In this document: in pieces, positions 1 through 10,790 of the stretch
How the letters are laid out: each line of letters begins with the position of its first letter
How positions within the stretch are numbered: the stretch's first letter is position 1
From: an uncultured Phycisphaerales bacterium
Lineage (GTDB): Bacteria > Planctomycetota > Phycisphaerae > Sedimentisphaerales > Anaerobacaceae
Assembly (NCBI GenBank): GCA_963718665.1
Contig: OY970359.1
Location: forward strand, 480,001-544,000
Length of the DNA: 64,000 nucleotides
Direction: 5' to 3'
Notes under the pieces: generated by a model
Database searches by the model: none
Told to the model about the DNA's origin: nothing
The model's input: only the letters and a program-made list of their open reading frames with translations
Position numbers and translations under genes: made by a program

Positions 1-13
1 CGGTATATCGGAT

Positions 14-1666
14 TTGACGGGCATAGTGCGGGCGTCGCTGGTCAGCACAATACTGATTTTTGGGTTGTGGGTGGCGGGGCTGTATATCGACCCTGTCCGA
101 AAAAACATTCCTAATATATCTGACGTCAGCCAGGCGGTATTTGTGGTGGATATGTTCTGCACCATATTACTCCTCGCCGGGCTTCGCATGGCCACCCGGC
201 TGTATTACGAGGAATTCCGCACGGTCGAAGCGGGCAAACTAAAGCGATTTTTGATTGTGGGAGCGGGCAACACCGGCGAATCACTTCTGCGAGAGATTCA
301 TCGAATGGCCGTGGCCGAATATGATGTGGTGGGTTTCATCGACGACGACCCCGCCAAACAGGGCATACACATACATGATATCCCGGTTCTGGGGACAGTT
401 GAGCAGCTTCCTGAGATATGCAAGGAGAAAAACATCGAGGAGGTAGCCATCGCGATGCCCTCGGCGACGGTTCCCCAGCGAAGGCGCGTAGTGCAGGTCT
501 GCCAGGGGACAAAGGTCCGCTTCAGGACGGTCCCGTCGATGACGGATATCGCGGGGGGCAGATTCAGGGTTTCGCAAATTCGCGACGTGGATATTAACGA
601 CCTGCTGGGTCGCGAGGCAATCCAGCTTGACACGGATTCGATAGAGACATTTATCAGGGGAAAAATAATTCTGGTTACCGGCGCGGGCGGCTCAATCGGC
701 TCGGAAATGTGCCGGCAGATTTGCCGTTTCGGGCCTAAAATGCTGCTGCTCGTCGAGCAGGCGGAAAACCCGCTGTTTTATATCGAGCGAGAGCTTCGTG
801 AGAGATTCCCGGATATCGCTATGACTGCCGTCGTGTGCGACATTACCGACCAGCTTCGAGTTGAGGGTATTTTCGAGAAATACAGGCCTGAAGTAATCAT
901 ACACGCTGCGGCACACAAACACGTGCCTTTGATGGAAGGCAACCCAGGCGAGGCGATTAAAAACAACGTCGTGGGTAGCCGCACGGTCGCGGATGCCGCG
1001 GATAAATTCGGCGCGGAAAGTTTCGTGATGATAAGCACCGACAAAGCGGTCAATCCCACCAGTATAATGGGGTCATCCAAGCGAATCGCGGAAACTTATG
1101 TGCAGGACTTGAACAGAACAAGCAAAACGCATTTTGTTACGGTGCGGTTCGGCAACGTGCTCGGCTCAGAGGGTTCGGTTGTCCCAATCTTCAAAAAACA
1201 GATTGCACAGGGCGGCCCCGTAACGGTAACGCATCCGGAAATGAAACGCTATTTTATGACAATACCCGAAGCCAGCCAGCTTGTCCTTCAGGCGGCATCG
1301 ATGGGCAAGGGCGGCGAGATTTTCGTGCTCGATATGGGCGAGCCGGTGAAGATTGTGGATTTGGCGACGGAATTGATTACCTTAAGCGGCTTCAGACCGG
1401 GCGTTGATATCGAGATAGTTTTCACGGGATTACGCCCAGGCGAAAAGCTCTTCGAGGAGCTTTCGATAAAGGGCGAGGATATGCAGGAAACCAGACACCC
1501 GAAAATCGGTATCTGGAAGAATATCCCGATGGATCGCGACCGCCTGCGGGCAAAAATCGAGGAACTCGTGGCAATCGCTAAAATCGGCGAGCACGCCGCT
1601 ATAGTGGCGAAGATTAAAGAGCTTGTCCCCGAATACATCGGCAGCAACGGCAATAAAACAACTTAA
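14..1666 (+). CDS. Polysaccharide biosynthesis protein, CapD/PglF-like nucleoside-diphosphate sugar dehydratase (5'-partial)
   Basis: TM segments, then GAG and TGAGGSIGSE Rossmann motifs, HAAAHKHVP, STDKAVNP, RFGNVLGS. The frame is open to the window edge. Confidence 0.9.
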   Translation: MTGIVRASLVSTILIFGLWVAGLYIDPVRKNIPNISDVSQAVFVVDMFCTILLLAGLRMATRLYYEEFRTVEAGKLKRFLIVGAGNTGESLLREIHRMAVAEYDVVGFIDDDPAKQGIHIHDIPVLGTVEQLPEICKEKNIEEVAIAMPSATVPQRRRVVQVCQGTKVRFRTVPSMTDIAGGRFRVSQIRDVDINDLLGREAIQLDTDSIETFIRGKIILVTGAGGSIGSEMCRQICRFGPKMLLLVEQAENPLFYIERELRERFPDIAMTAVVCDITDQLRVEGIFEKYRPEVIIHAAAHKHVPLMEGNPGEAIKNNVVGSRTVADAADKFGAESFVMISTDKAVNPTSIMGSSKRIAETYVQDLNRTSKTHFVTVRFGNVLGSEGSVVPIFKKQIAQGGPVTVTHPEMKRYFMTIPEASQLVLQAASMGKGGEIFVLDMGEPVKIVDLATELITLSGFRPGVDIEIVFTGLRPGEKLFEELSIKGEDMQETRHPKIGIWKNIPMDRDRLRAKIEELVAIAKIGEHAAIVAKIKELVPEYIGSNGNKTT

Positions 1667-1695
1667 TCCGACATATCCAATTACCTGAAAAGCAA

Positions 1696-1730
1696 AAGGG
1701 CCGGCGATAATCGTCGGCCCTTGTTTTTTT
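1696..1730. terminator. Likely bidirectional intrinsic terminator
   Basis: AAGGGCCGGCGA-TAA-TCGTCGGCCCTT hairpin with an upstream A-tract and downstream T-tract, between convergent genes. Confidence 0.8.
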
Positions 1731-1747
1731 ATCGCTGTAAAATCTGA

Positions 1748-2800
1748 TTAGTTTTCAGATTTAGGCGGATCGTTTTTATCCTCCGTAGCTTTAGCGAAGG
1801 AGGATTCCCTCGGATGCGCAGCGGAGTAAACTTCCTTTATCTTGCCGGTCGTCAGATGCGTGTATATCTGGGTGGTTGAAAGCGACTGATGGCCGAGCAA
1901 TTCCTGAACACTGCGGAGGTCTGCGCCACGATTGAGCATATGGGTGGCAAAACTGTGCCGGAGTGTATGCGGGCTGATTGCGGGGTCGAGGCCCGCCATT
2001 TTGAGGTATTTGTCCATTTTCCGGCGGACGCTTCGAGTGCTGAGCCGTTTGCCGTGCTTATTGACGAACAGGACCTTGCCGTCGAAGTTGCCGTTGAGCT
2101 GGGCACGCTTGTTCCTGAACTCCATATAATGCTGGACGATTTGCAGGACCGAGGAGCTGATGGGGCAGATTCTTTCTTTTTTGCCTTTGCCCCTGATGTG
2201 AACGACTTCGCCGAGGAAGTCGATATCTTCGAGGTTAAGCGCGACAATTTCGCTTACCCGCATGCCGGTGCTGTAAAGCGTTTCCATAATCGCCCTGTCA
2301 CGGGCGCCGAGCCAGCTATCTGTCGGCGGCGTTTCGAGCAGGCGTTTTACCTGTTCATATTCGAGGAAACGCGGAAGGCGTTTTTCCTGCTTTGGCGTAC
2401 GTATGCCGACTACCGGGTTTGAGCTTACGCGGTTTCTTTTGACCAGGAACTTATAGAAGCTGCGAAGCGTCGCGAGCTTTCGTGCGATGGTGGCCTTCGA
2501 GTACTGCTTTTCATTCAGCGACGCCATATACGACCTTATGGCATTAACATCGGCTGATGCGAGCAACTGGTCAACATCGACCTTGGTCTGGGTCGCGACC
2601 GCGGTAGCCGTGCCGGAGTCGTGTGAGCCAAGCCCGTCGTCGTGGCCGTGCACATCGGAACCGCCTGCGTCGCTGTGGCCGGTGAGAAACCCGCCAAACT
2701 GAAGCAGGTCAACGCCGTAGCACTTGGCCGTATGGGGGCTGAAACGTTTTTCGAACTGGAGGTAGTTTAGAAAGTCCTGAATAATTACGCTGTCTTCCAT
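1748..2800 (-). CDS. xerC: Tyrosine recombinase XerC
   Basis: SPHT N-terminal motif, ARKLATLRSFY, and all catalytic residues present (GMRVSE, GKGKKER, HTLRH, LGH, TQIYTH). Confidence 0.88.
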   Translation of the reverse strand: MEDSVIIQDFLNYLQFEKRFSPHTAKCYGVDLLQFGGFLTGHSDAGGSDVHGHDDGLGSHDSGTATAVATQTKVDVDQLLASADVNAIRSYMASLNEKQYSKATIARKLATLRSFYKFLVKRNRVSSNPVVGIRTPKQEKRLPRFLEYEQVKRLLETPPTDSWLGARDRAIMETLYSTGMRVSEIVALNLEDIDFLGEVVHIRGKGKKERICPISSSVLQIVQHYMEFRNKRAQLNGNFDGKVLFVNKHGKRLSTRSVRRKMDKYLKMAGLDPAISPHTLRHSFATHMLNRGADLRSVQELLGHQSLSTTQIYTHLTTGKIKEVYSAAHPRESSFAKATEDKNDPPKSEN

Positions 2801-2865
2801 AACTTGTCCGCCTTTATCACAAACAAAAAATTGCGAGCCCCCGGGGAGGCCTCGCGGTTTTTGGT

Positions 2866-3105
2866 TTATTGTTTAACTTTTACCTTGTCAGCAATTAGTT
2901 CGTCGGCCTGACCTATAAGGGACTGCGTAAGCTTGAAACTCAGGACAGCGGCGTCGAACCAGTCGAAATCGGTCCGGCCGCTTCTGGCCTGGTCAACAAG
3001 GACATCCAGTAATTTATCCTCAGAACCCGCTTCATAACGGAAGATAAACTTCTGTTTGCCCTTTTTGAGAATGAGTTGTTTGCTTGCTTTACTCACAGCG
3101 ACCAA
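2866..3105 (-). CDS. Small hypothetical protein upstream of xerC
   Basis: 79-aa ORF with protein-like composition (FIFRY...FDWFDAAVLS), a purine-rich RBS-like sequence, and the same orientation as xerC. Confidence 0.7.
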   Translation of the reverse strand: MVAVSKASKQLILKKGKQKFIFRYEAGSEDKLLDVLVDQARSGRTDFDWFDAAVLSFKLTQSLIGQADELIADKVKVKQ

Positions 3106-3343
3106 GTTCCTTCATTCCTAAATTCCACCGGGGACGACATTCCCCTTTTCTTTATCGGTCGTAATACGGAACACTTAAGTGGCCAAGTATAATTTTCTTC
3201 ACCGGAGGCGATAATATCGCCGTTGGCTAAAAGGCCACAGGAGTTTTATCGGCCAATAGGCCACAGGTCTTTACAAATTGAAGGAGATTGTTATGAGATT
3301 TTTAGAGGATTTTCACGGTCGCAATAGCTTACGGACGTTGCGG

Positions 3344-4276
3344 TTAAAACGCCCCGAAGAAGGTTTTGCCCTGCTTGTTTTCGGACCAGATTACCCTCTG
3401 GTCTTTAAGCTCGTCGAGATAGACCAGCGCATCGGCTGCATCGAGGCCGAGAACCGAGCAAACGTCGTTTAGCGAACAAGGTCTGCGTTTCAGCATTGAT
3501 AACAGCGTTTGAGGAACATCGGAGGCAGTTTTTCGGCAGTGTCCGGATACGAAATCCGCAATAACCTCACAATTAGGGGAAAGCCGGCGGGCTATCTCTT
3601 CAAGCTTGTCGGGGGCCACTTTTTCGATATTTTTTTCGGCAGTCGGCCTGACGGCAGTATTCAGATGAACCTTGTCGGGGCAGATTTTTTTTATCGCCTC
3701 GGAAATTTTTGCAACCTGGGCATCGTCGGTGTTCAATTTATCAACGAAGAAAACCTCAAGCCAGATTTGGCCTGGATAATCCCTTTTTAAGGCGCACAAG
3801 CCCTCAACAAGCATGTCAAAAGTAAGCTGTTCAACCGGGCGATTGATGGCCTCATAGGTTTGCTGGTCGCCGGCGTCCAGTGAAGGTAAAATCACGTCAG
3901 CACCGGCACAATCTTTTCTGACCTCGGGCAGGCAAAAAAGCGTGCCGTTTGTAAGGACGGCCACGGGGATAGAGGTTAGTTTTTTGATGCCTGCTATGAG
4001 CCGGCCTATACCTGAATGCAGGGTGGGTTCACCTGAGCCGCCAAGGGTTATGTAGTCAGCCGCAAGACCGGCATCCAGAATATCCTGTAGTTCGACGAGA
4101 ATGTCGTTGACCGGGACATATTCTTTCCGCTCAAGGGTTTTGCAGGTGGTTTTGCCGAGCTGGCAATAAACGCAATCAAGGGTGCAGGTCTTGAAAGGAA
4201 CGATATCTACGCCCAAACTGAGTCCCAGCCGGCGAGAGGGCACCGGCCCGTAGAGGTGTTTACCTGTATTAGCCAT
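3344..4276 (-). CDS. Radical SAM protein (COG0731/TYW1-like Fe-S oxidoreductase)
   Basis: YGPVPSRRLGLSLG, CxxxCxxC (CTLDCVYC), GSGEPTL. Confidence 0.88.
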   Translation of the reverse strand: MANTGKHLYGPVPSRRLGLSLGVDIVPFKTCTLDCVYCQLGKTTCKTLERKEYVPVNDILVELQDILDAGLAADYITLGGSGEPTLHSGIGRLIAGIKKLTSIPVAVLTNGTLFCLPEVRKDCAGADVILPSLDAGDQQTYEAINRPVEQLTFDMLVEGLCALKRDYPGQIWLEVFFVDKLNTDDAQVAKISEAIKKICPDKVHLNTAVRPTAEKNIEKVAPDKLEEIARRLSPNCEVIADFVSGHCRKTASDVPQTLLSMLKRRPCSLNDVCSVLGLDAADALVYLDELKDQRVIWSENKQGKTFFGAF

Positions 4277-5105
4277 TTTTTGCTCCGCTGGTTATTTCGA
4301 AGATTTTTCTGCAATCCGTTAGCAGTTCCTCAACCCATTCAATGGGCATAACAACAGCGGAGTCGGATTTTGCCTGCCGAGGGTTGGTATGAACCTCAAG
4401 GAAAAGGGCGTTTGCGCCCGCGGCAATCGCGGCTTTTGCGAGAATGGGGGCGAATTGCCGCCTGCCTCCCGTCGCATTGCCCAAGCCCCCCGGCTGCTGG
4501 GTGCTGTGGGTCGCATCGAAAACGACGGGGCAGCCAAGACCCTTCATAATACTGATAGCGGTCATATCGTTGACAAGTCGATTGTAGCCGAAGAACGTGC
4601 CACGTTCGGTGAGCATTATTTTGTCGTTGCCGCACGAGCGAATCTTCTCGACGACGTTGGTCATCTCTTTGGGCGAAAGGAACTGCCCTTTTTTGACATT
4701 TACCGGCTTGCCCGTCTCGGCGCAGGCACAGAGCAAATCGGTCTGCCTGCACAAAAAAGCGGGAATCTGAAGGGCATCGACAACTTTAGCGACCTTTTCG
4801 GCCTGCTCAGGCAGGTGAACGTCGGTCATAACGGGCAATTTAACCTTATCCCTCACAGCGGCTAAGATTTCGAGGCCCTTTTTCAGCCCGGGACCCCGAA
4901 AACTGGAAACGCTGCTGCGGTTGGCCTTGTCGAAACTTGCCTTGTAAATAACACCTATGCCTGTGTGTGAGGAAATATCCGCGAGCCGATTAGCAATATC
5001 AAGGCAGATTTGCTTTGTCTCGATTACGCAAGGCCCTGCGATTAGAAACATCGGGGCCTTGAGGCCGATATCAACAGAACCGATTTTGAAGGTTTTTGTT
5101 TTCAT
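4269..5105 (-). CDS. kdsA: 3-deoxy-8-phosphooctulonate (KDO8P) synthase
   Basis: AGPCVIE, KASFDKANRSS, QIPAFLCRQTDL, KKGQF, FDATHS. Confidence 0.95.
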   Translation of the reverse strand: MKTKTFKIGSVDIGLKAPMFLIAGPCVIETKQICLDIANRLADISSHTGIGVIYKASFDKANRSSVSSFRGPGLKKGLEILAAVRDKVKLPVMTDVHLPEQAEKVAKVVDALQIPAFLCRQTDLLCACAETGKPVNVKKGQFLSPKEMTNVVEKIRSCGNDKIMLTERGTFFGYNRLVNDMTAISIMKGLGCPVVFDATHSTQQPGGLGNATGGRRQFAPILAKAAIAAGANALFLEVHTNPRQAKSDSAVVMPIEWVEELLTDCRKIFEITSGAKNG

Positions 5106-5307
5106 ATCTGCCGTCTCATTATCAACATTATGCGGTTGGTTGTCAAACCCCTATTACTGCGTTTTGTAAGTTCCTCGGCTATTATCTGTTTTAAAAAAGG
5201 ACGCGAGCTTTTTTTACGAGGATTACCGTGTTTTTAGGCCAAAATGGGGAATTTTGAAGAGATAGTCCAAAAAAACTTAAAAATCTGCTGATTTGCCAAG
5301 TTTAAGC

Positions 5308-5336
5308 TTGACAATGTAGATGGGAAGGGTAGCTTT
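5308..5336 (+). promoter_or_regulatory. Sigma70-like promoter for the PEP-CTERM gene
   Basis: TTGACA followed about 16-17 nt later by TAGCTT. Confidence 0.45.
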
Positions 5337-5503
5337 CTAACAGGTAAATTCGGAGTTATTTGGGCCCTCTAAAAAAAGAGAGTAGAGTGATAATGAGGAG
5401 AAGAGAGGGCAACGTGGATTCTGAAATTAGACGTGCATTTCTCTTTGCTCCCCATTACCGAATATGAGGAAGAAACGATAAATTTTTAGGGAAAGGGAAG
5501 AAA

Positions 5504-6106
5504 ATGAAAACAAATCATCATCAACTCTGCATGGCGTTATTCGCCATGACCTTGCTGGCCTCAACAGCCCCGGCGACTATTACGGTGTACTGCGACGCAA
5601 ATGAGTTTATGAACGCAATCCCAAGCCCGGGCTACTTTACGGCGTACTGGGATACGCTCAACGGAGAGAAGGATTATGTGGCTCAACTTAATGATGGCGA
5701 ATATGCATTTCATGCCCACGCTGATAATGGGTTGCGTTCCGAGTTTGGCGGTAGTGCGTTATCAACCTGTGATGCGACCGACCTGCTACAGTTCACGTTC
5801 GAGAATAGCCCTGAAGAGGTTCATAGCGTCGGTGGAATCTTTGCCAGTACGGACTACATGGGCAATCCCACCGGTCAGGAGCTGGATATTGTGGTGGAAG
5901 ACATTTTACACTCGACGGTGACGGTGCCTATCTGGGGCAGCTGCTTCGTCGGGTTCGTGAGCGATATCCCGCTCGCTTTGCTGACGCTCGACAGCGTGGA
6001 CGACTGGCCGCAGGTGACCATCTTCCATGCCGACAGCCCAGAGCCAGCGACATTGGTTCTCTTGGCGTTGGGTGGGTGTACACTTTTGAAAAAACGCAGG
6101 GCATAA
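5504..6106 (+). CDS. PEP-CTERM sorting domain protein
   Basis: N-terminal signal peptide; C-terminal SPEPATLVLLALGG followed by basic KKRRA. Confidence 0.9.
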   Translation: MKTNHHQLCMALFAMTLLASTAPATITVYCDANEFMNAIPSPGYFTAYWDTLNGEKDYVAQLNDGEYAFHAHADNGLRSEFGGSALSTCDATDLLQFTFENSPEEVHSVGGIFASTDYMGNPTGQELDIVVEDILHSTVTVPIWGSCFVGFVSDIPLALLTLDSVDDWPQVTIFHADSPEPATLVLLALGGCTLLKKRRA

Positions 6107-6139
6107 AAAGCTCGAAAAGACAACTTGTGTTACAAATCG

Positions 6140-6170
6140 AAGGGCTGTGCGAACAACACAGCCCTTTTTC
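6140..6170 (+). terminator. Intrinsic terminator
   Basis: AGGGCTGTG-cgaacaa-CACAGCCCT followed by a T-tract, after the PEP-CTERM gene. Confidence 0.75.
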
Positions 6171-6228
6171 TGTTTTCTATATCTGATTACCAGCCCAAAA
6201 ACCTAAGAGCATCTAACATAATGAAGAA

Positions 6229-6333
6229 GCCACGGATTGACACTGTTGATTTTAGACACGGATTAACACGGATTTACACTGTTTATAATTCATTTCTCTG
6301 TGTCCTCTGTGGCTAAAAAACTCTGTGGCTAAA
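6229..6333. repeat. Composite 9-mer tandem-repeat element (CACGGATTA-type plus CTCTGTG-type)
   Basis: ttagacacggattaacacggatttacactgttt...tctctgtgtcctctgtggctaaa; homologous to 14603-14678. Confidence 0.8.
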
Positions 6334-6388
6334 CTCCTTTTTGTTAGAGTGTTTAAATAATCAGCCGAGAGATTTACGAAATGCCGAA

Positions 6389-7345
6389 CTATTTCAACGC
6401 CCTTAGAATTTGCGCCCTGATACCCGCCGGCTTGGCGCCTTCGGGAACCATCACTCGCACCGCTTTGGGAATAATGGATATGCTGACGGGCACTGCCGGG
6501 CCCGGGTCGCCGTCTATTTCGGTAGCCAGTTTCGGATTCGGGGAATTAATGGTTACATTTTTACCCTGGCGATAGATGACGTCGCCGCAGCGAGGGTGCC
6601 GCTGAAAGATGGTCATCACGGAATGTTTGACTAAATGTGTCCTGTGGGAGCATTTGTAAACGCAGACATCAAGAAGCCCATCGCTGTAGTCGGCGCGTTC
6701 GAGAATATTAAGGCCCAGAGCATATCTGGAGATGTTGCCGACAAAAACAAGTCCCCGCCCGTCAAAAATCTGCTCGCCATCGACCTCGACGGTAATCGGG
6801 TCGAAACGATACCGCCAAAATGTCCGCCAGAGCGGCCAGAAGTAATCGAAATAATTGATGTGTCCGATACGATTCCCGCTGACCTCGGCGACAACCTCGC
6901 CGTCAAAACCGAAACCGGCTATCGAGGTAAAACACCTGCCGTTGGCGTTGCCCAAATCGAAATCGCGGGTAAAACCCGCTTCGAATGTCCGCGTCAGCGT
7001 CTCAAGCGATTTTTCGAGGCCCAATTCGTTCGCAAGGAGATTTTCGGTGCCGCCGGGAATAATCAGCAACGGCTTATCGCTACCCGAAAGCCCGTGCGCA
7101 ACCTCCCTGATAGTACCGTCGCCTCCCACTGCGACAACCATTGAGCAATTAGAGTCGGCAGCGGCATCTGAAGCAAGCTCGCAGGCGTGCTCCAGCGAAC
7201 GGGTGAGATTCATACGAACTTCGAAGCCCCTGTCCGTCAGGTATTCCTCGAATCGCCAGCCGGGCAGCTTCTCGCCGGTGCTCGCGCCGGACTTGGGGTT
7301 GATTATATAAGCGATATAACCGTCTTCTGGTTTAATTGCGCTCAT
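6389..7345 (-). CDS. Diacylglycerol kinase-family (YegS/DgkB-like) lipid kinase
   Basis: INPKSG, GGDGT, PGGTENLLA, GFGFD, IDGD. Confidence 0.9.
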   Translation of the reverse strand: MSAIKPEDGYIAYIINPKSGASTGEKLPGWRFEEYLTDRGFEVRMNLTRSLEHACELASDAAADSNCSMVVAVGGDGTIREVAHGLSGSDKPLLIIPGGTENLLANELGLEKSLETLTRTFEAGFTRDFDLGNANGRCFTSIAGFGFDGEVVAEVSGNRIGHINYFDYFWPLWRTFWRYRFDPITVEVDGEQIFDGRGLVFVGNISRYALGLNILERADYSDGLLDVCVYKCSHRTHLVKHSVMTIFQRHPRCGDVIYRQGKNVTINSPNPKLATEIDGDPGPAVPVSISIIPKAVRVMVPEGAKPAGIRAQILRALK

Positions 7346-7353
7346 AGTAACCG

Positions 7354-7911
7354 CTAAAAGAAAACCCTATTGTTTTTTCTTCCGCGTCTTCGGAACTGCT
7401 TGGCCATCATTACGGCGTAACTCTGGTGTATGTGCGGCAAATCTTCCAGACCCAGTTTTTTCTGCACGGCGGCGATTTTCTTTTCGCCCGGCCCTTCTAT
7501 TTCCACAAACCTGCCTAAAAGCGGCAGCTCATCGAGCGCTACTTCACATTCGCCATAATGCCACGCCCGACGCTTCTTTTGATACACAATCGTCTTTTTA
7601 TACCCAATCGCTTCAAGGAACATCTCCGCCAGCCGGCCATCATCGACCTCGAACTGAATTTCCTGTCTTTGCTTGAAACGCCCTTCCCGCCTCGGGCCTT
7701 TGAAAGTTATCACGACCTGATCCCTTCGGCCGATTAACTGGTGTCGAAGGCGCAACGCGCTGTCGGATTTTCTCAGCGACGACTTGCCGTCGTCAAAATA
7801 TGCGTCGGTATGAAGCCGCTCCCGCAAAAACTCTGCGTCGAGGGCCTTTAACCTTTTTTCAATGCCCTTGAACGAATCAACCTTCAGCTTCGCTTCGATT
7901 TCGATATACAT
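7354..7911 (-). CDS. cyaB: CYTH-family / class IV adenylate cyclase
   Basis: EIEAK, DAYFD, LRLR, FVEIEG and C-terminal SY. Confidence 0.82.
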   Translation of the reverse strand: MYIEIEAKLKVDSFKGIEKRLKALDAEFLRERLHTDAYFDDGKSSLRKSDSALRLRHQLIGRRDQVVITFKGPRREGRFKQRQEIQFEVDDGRLAEMFLEAIGYKKTIVYQKKRRAWHYGECEVALDELPLLGRFVEIEGPGEKKIAAVQKKLGLEDLPHIHQSYAVMMAKQFRRRGRKNNRVFF

Positions 7912-7928
7912 AGGTCCCCGATATCAGC

Positions 7929-10553
7929 TTAAACTACTATATTCACAAGCCGGGACTTGATTACTATTACTTTTTTCGGCTGTTCGCCCGCAAGGGCTGC
8001 AATGACCTTTTCGCTGGCCAGCGCCTTTTGCTTTATCTGCTCATCGTCCGCCTGCGCGGCAACAACAATCTTGTCTTTGATTTTGCCGTTGACCTGTATG
8101 GCTAATTCTATTTCGGCTTCCTTTACAAGCTCAGGGTCAAACTTCGGCCAGGATTCATAAGCGAGCGTCCTGGTATGGCCCAGTTTTTCCCAAAGCTCCT
8201 CTGCGATATGCGGCGCAAAAGGCGATAAAATCAGCACCAACTGCTCAATAACTGACTTCGGCAAAACGGGCTGCTTTATAAGATGATTGACGAGAATCAT
8301 CATCGAGCTGATTGCGGTATTAAAACCAAATGTCTCGACGTCGCCGCCAACTTTCTTAATTGTCTGATGTAGCAATCGCGTTGTCGCTTCATCGGGCTGG
8401 GTATTCTGAATTGCAACGTTAAGGTTGCCCGTATCCTCATTAATAACTAATCGCCAGACACGCTGCAAAAACCGGTGCACGCCCTCAACCCCCTGCATAC
8501 TCCAGGGCTTCACCGCTTCCAGCGGACCCATAAACATCTCATAAAGGCGCATCGAATCCGCGCCGTAATCAGCGACAACCTTATCAGGATTAACAACGTT
8601 GCCGCGCGACTTGCTCATCTTCTGGCCGTCTTCGCCGAGAATCATTCCCTGGTTGACCAATTTTTTGAACGGCTCTTTGGTGCTGACGTAACCAATATCA
8701 AAAAGGAACTTGTGCCAGAAACGAGAATACAGCAAATGCAAAACCGCGTGCTCCGCGCCGCCTATGTAAAGGTCAACGGGCATCCAGTATTTTCCCTTCG
8801 CGCCACCGCAGCAGCGATTATTGTTATTAGGGTCGATATACCGCAGATAATACCAGCAGCTTCCCGCCCACTGCGGCATCGTGTTCGTCTCGCGTAATGC
8901 AATCCCGCCGCATTGCGGACAGGTCGTCTTGAGCCAGTCCTTGGCTTTCGATAATGGCGGCTCACCCGTCGCGGGCGGCGTATAATCCTGCATATCGGGC
9001 AATTTCAACGGCAACGCTGATTCAGGTAAGCCTACTATCCCGCATTTTTCACAATGCACAAGAGGAATGGGTTCTCCCCAGTAACGCTGCCTGCTGAACA
9101 GCCAGTCGCGAAGCTTATAATTAATCGCCTTTTTACCAAGCCCTTTCTGCTCAAGATCTTTTGTGATCTCTTCTTTCATTTTGGCCGTTGGCATTTCGTC
9201 GTATTTCCCAGAATTCACAGCAATCCCATTACCAACCATCGCCCTCGGAAAAATCTCAGGGTGTGCGATATAGCGATCTATGAGTTGTTTCCCTGGAAGG
9301 GGCTTGGGGCCATCTTGCCGTAATTCAAGCATCCATTCATCACTAGGTTCTGGAAGAACAACAACACGAATCGGCAGATTGAATTTCTTCGCGAACTCGA
9401 AATCCCTGTCATCGTGCGCAGGCACAGCCATAATAGCGCCCGTGCCGTAGCTGATTAGAACGTAATCGCTTATCCAAATCGGTATTTTCGTCTCGTTGAC
9501 CGGGTTGATTGCGTAAGCGCCGGTAAATTCGCCCGTCTTTTCCTTCGCCAGATCTGTGCGGTCGAGGTCGCTTTTGCGAGCCGCCTCTTCGCGGTATTTC
9601 TTCACCGCGTCCTTCCTGTCCTTCGTCGTGATTACGTCAACAAGCGGATGCTCCGGCGAGAGCACCATATAGGTCGCGCCGAAAAGCGTATCGGGCCGTG
9701 TAGTAAAGACGCGAATATTTTCATTCGAGCCGGCAACTTTGAAATCAACCTCCGCGCCGATACTCTTGCCAATCCAGTTTCGCTGCATTTCCTTGATTGG
9801 CTCAGGCCAGTCAACTTCGACAAGGTCTTCGAGTAATCGCTCGGCATATTCCGTTATACGCAGCAGCCACTGCCTAAGAGGTTTCCTGATGACCGGGTGT
9901 CCACCTCGCTCACTCACCCCCCCTACGACTTCCTCGTTGGCAAGCACCGTCCCCAAAGCAGGACACCAGTTTACGGGCATTTCCGCTTCGTAAGCCAATC
10001 GATGGTCATCTATATATTTTCGTTTTTCAGCGTCGCTCAGTCCCGCCGGTATAGGCAGTTCTTTAATGGACCTTGCCTTTTGCTGTTTTTCATCAAACCA
10101 GCTATTGAAAAGATTCAGGAATATCCACTGCGTCCATTTATAATAATTCGGGTCGGTGGTATTGACCTCTCTGTCCCAGTCGTAGCTGAAACCAAGCGAC
10201 TTGATTTGCCTGCGCATTCCATCGACGTTATTCTGCGTTGTCTGGGCGGGATGTGTCCCCGTTTTTATCGCGTATTGCTCCGCGGGCAAACCGAACGCGT
10301 CCCACCCAATCGGGTGCAGAACATTAAAACCTATCATCCGCTTATAACGTGCAACTATATCGCTCGCGGTGTAACCCTCTGGATGCCCCACGTGCAAACC
10401 CTGCGCGCTTGGATACGGGAACATATCGAGAACGTAATATCGCGGCTTACTTTTATCACAATCAACCGCCGCAAACGTCTTGCCGGCCTCCCAGTTACGC
10501 TGCCATTTCTTCTCAATCTCGTTAAATTTGTATAATCCTTTTCGTTCTTCCAT
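7929..10553 (-). CDS. leuS: Leucine--tRNA ligase
   Basis: MFPYPS...HVGH, editing-domain TTRPDT and [17 protein letters not shown]. Confidence 0.97.
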   Translation of the reverse strand: MEERKGLYKFNEIEKKWQRNWEAGKTFAAVDCDKSKPRYYVLDMFPYPSAQGLHVGHPEGYTASDIVARYKRMIGFNVLHPIGWDAFGLPAEQYAIKTGTHPAQTTQNNVDGMRRQIKSLGFSYDWDREVNTTDPNYYKWTQWIFLNLFNSWFDEKQQKARSIKELPIPAGLSDAEKRKYIDDHRLAYEAEMPVNWCPALGTVLANEEVVGGVSERGGHPVIRKPLRQWLLRITEYAERLLEDLVEVDWPEPIKEMQRNWIGKSIGAEVDFKVAGSNENIRVFTTRPDTLFGATYMVLSPEHPLVDVITTKDRKDAVKKYREEAARKSDLDRTDLAKEKTGEFTGAYAINPVNETKIPIWISDYVLISYGTGAIMAVPAHDDRDFEFAKKFNLPIRVVVLPEPSDEWMLELRQDGPKPLPGKQLIDRYIAHPEIFPRAMVGNGIAVNSGKYDEMPTAKMKEEITKDLEQKGLGKKAINYKLRDWLFSRQRYWGEPIPLVHCEKCGIVGLPESALPLKLPDMQDYTPPATGEPPLSKAKDWLKTTCPQCGGIALRETNTMPQWAGSCWYYLRYIDPNNNNRCCGGAKGKYWMPVDLYIGGAEHAVLHLLYSRFWHKFLFDIGYVSTKEPFKKLVNQGMILGEDGQKMSKSRGNVVNPDKVVADYGADSMRLYEMFMGPLEAVKPWSMQGVEGVHRFLQRVWRLVINEDTGNLNVAIQNTQPDEATTRLLHQTIKKVGGDVETFGFNTAISSMMILVNHLIKQPVLPKSVIEQLVLILSPFAPHIAEELWEKLGHTRTLAYESWPKFDPELVKEAEIELAIQVNGKIKDKIVVAAQADDEQIKQKALASEKVIAALAGEQPKKVIVIKSRLVNIVV

Positions 10554-10580
10554 TTTACTTTTTACTTTTTCCTTTTTACT

Positions 10581-10790
10581 TTATCTTTTGGAATGTGGGC
10601 AGCTATTATCGCTGCACCCGAAACACTTTTTCGATTGACCTTCTTTGACCTGCGCCGAGAATACCGAAAACTGCTTTTTCAGCTTCCCGCTGCTGCAATG
10701 TGCGCACTTTCGTTCGCCTTTATTGCCTGCGTTTTCCAGCAATTCGGTTATCTTGCCGCAGTCATCGCATTTATATTCGTAAATCGGCAC
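10581..10790 (-). CDS. FmdB-family zinc ribbon protein
   Basis: (M)PIYEYKCDDC...CAHC. Confidence 0.85.
   Translation of the reverse strand: MPIYEYKCDDCGKITELLENAGNKGERKCAHCSSGKLKKQFSVFSAQVKEGQSKKCFGCSDNSCPHSKR

Noticed and set aside
1748..2800. Phage or integron integrase
   Set aside because: The motifs and context fit housekeeping XerC, and there are no att or attC sites or cargo next to it.
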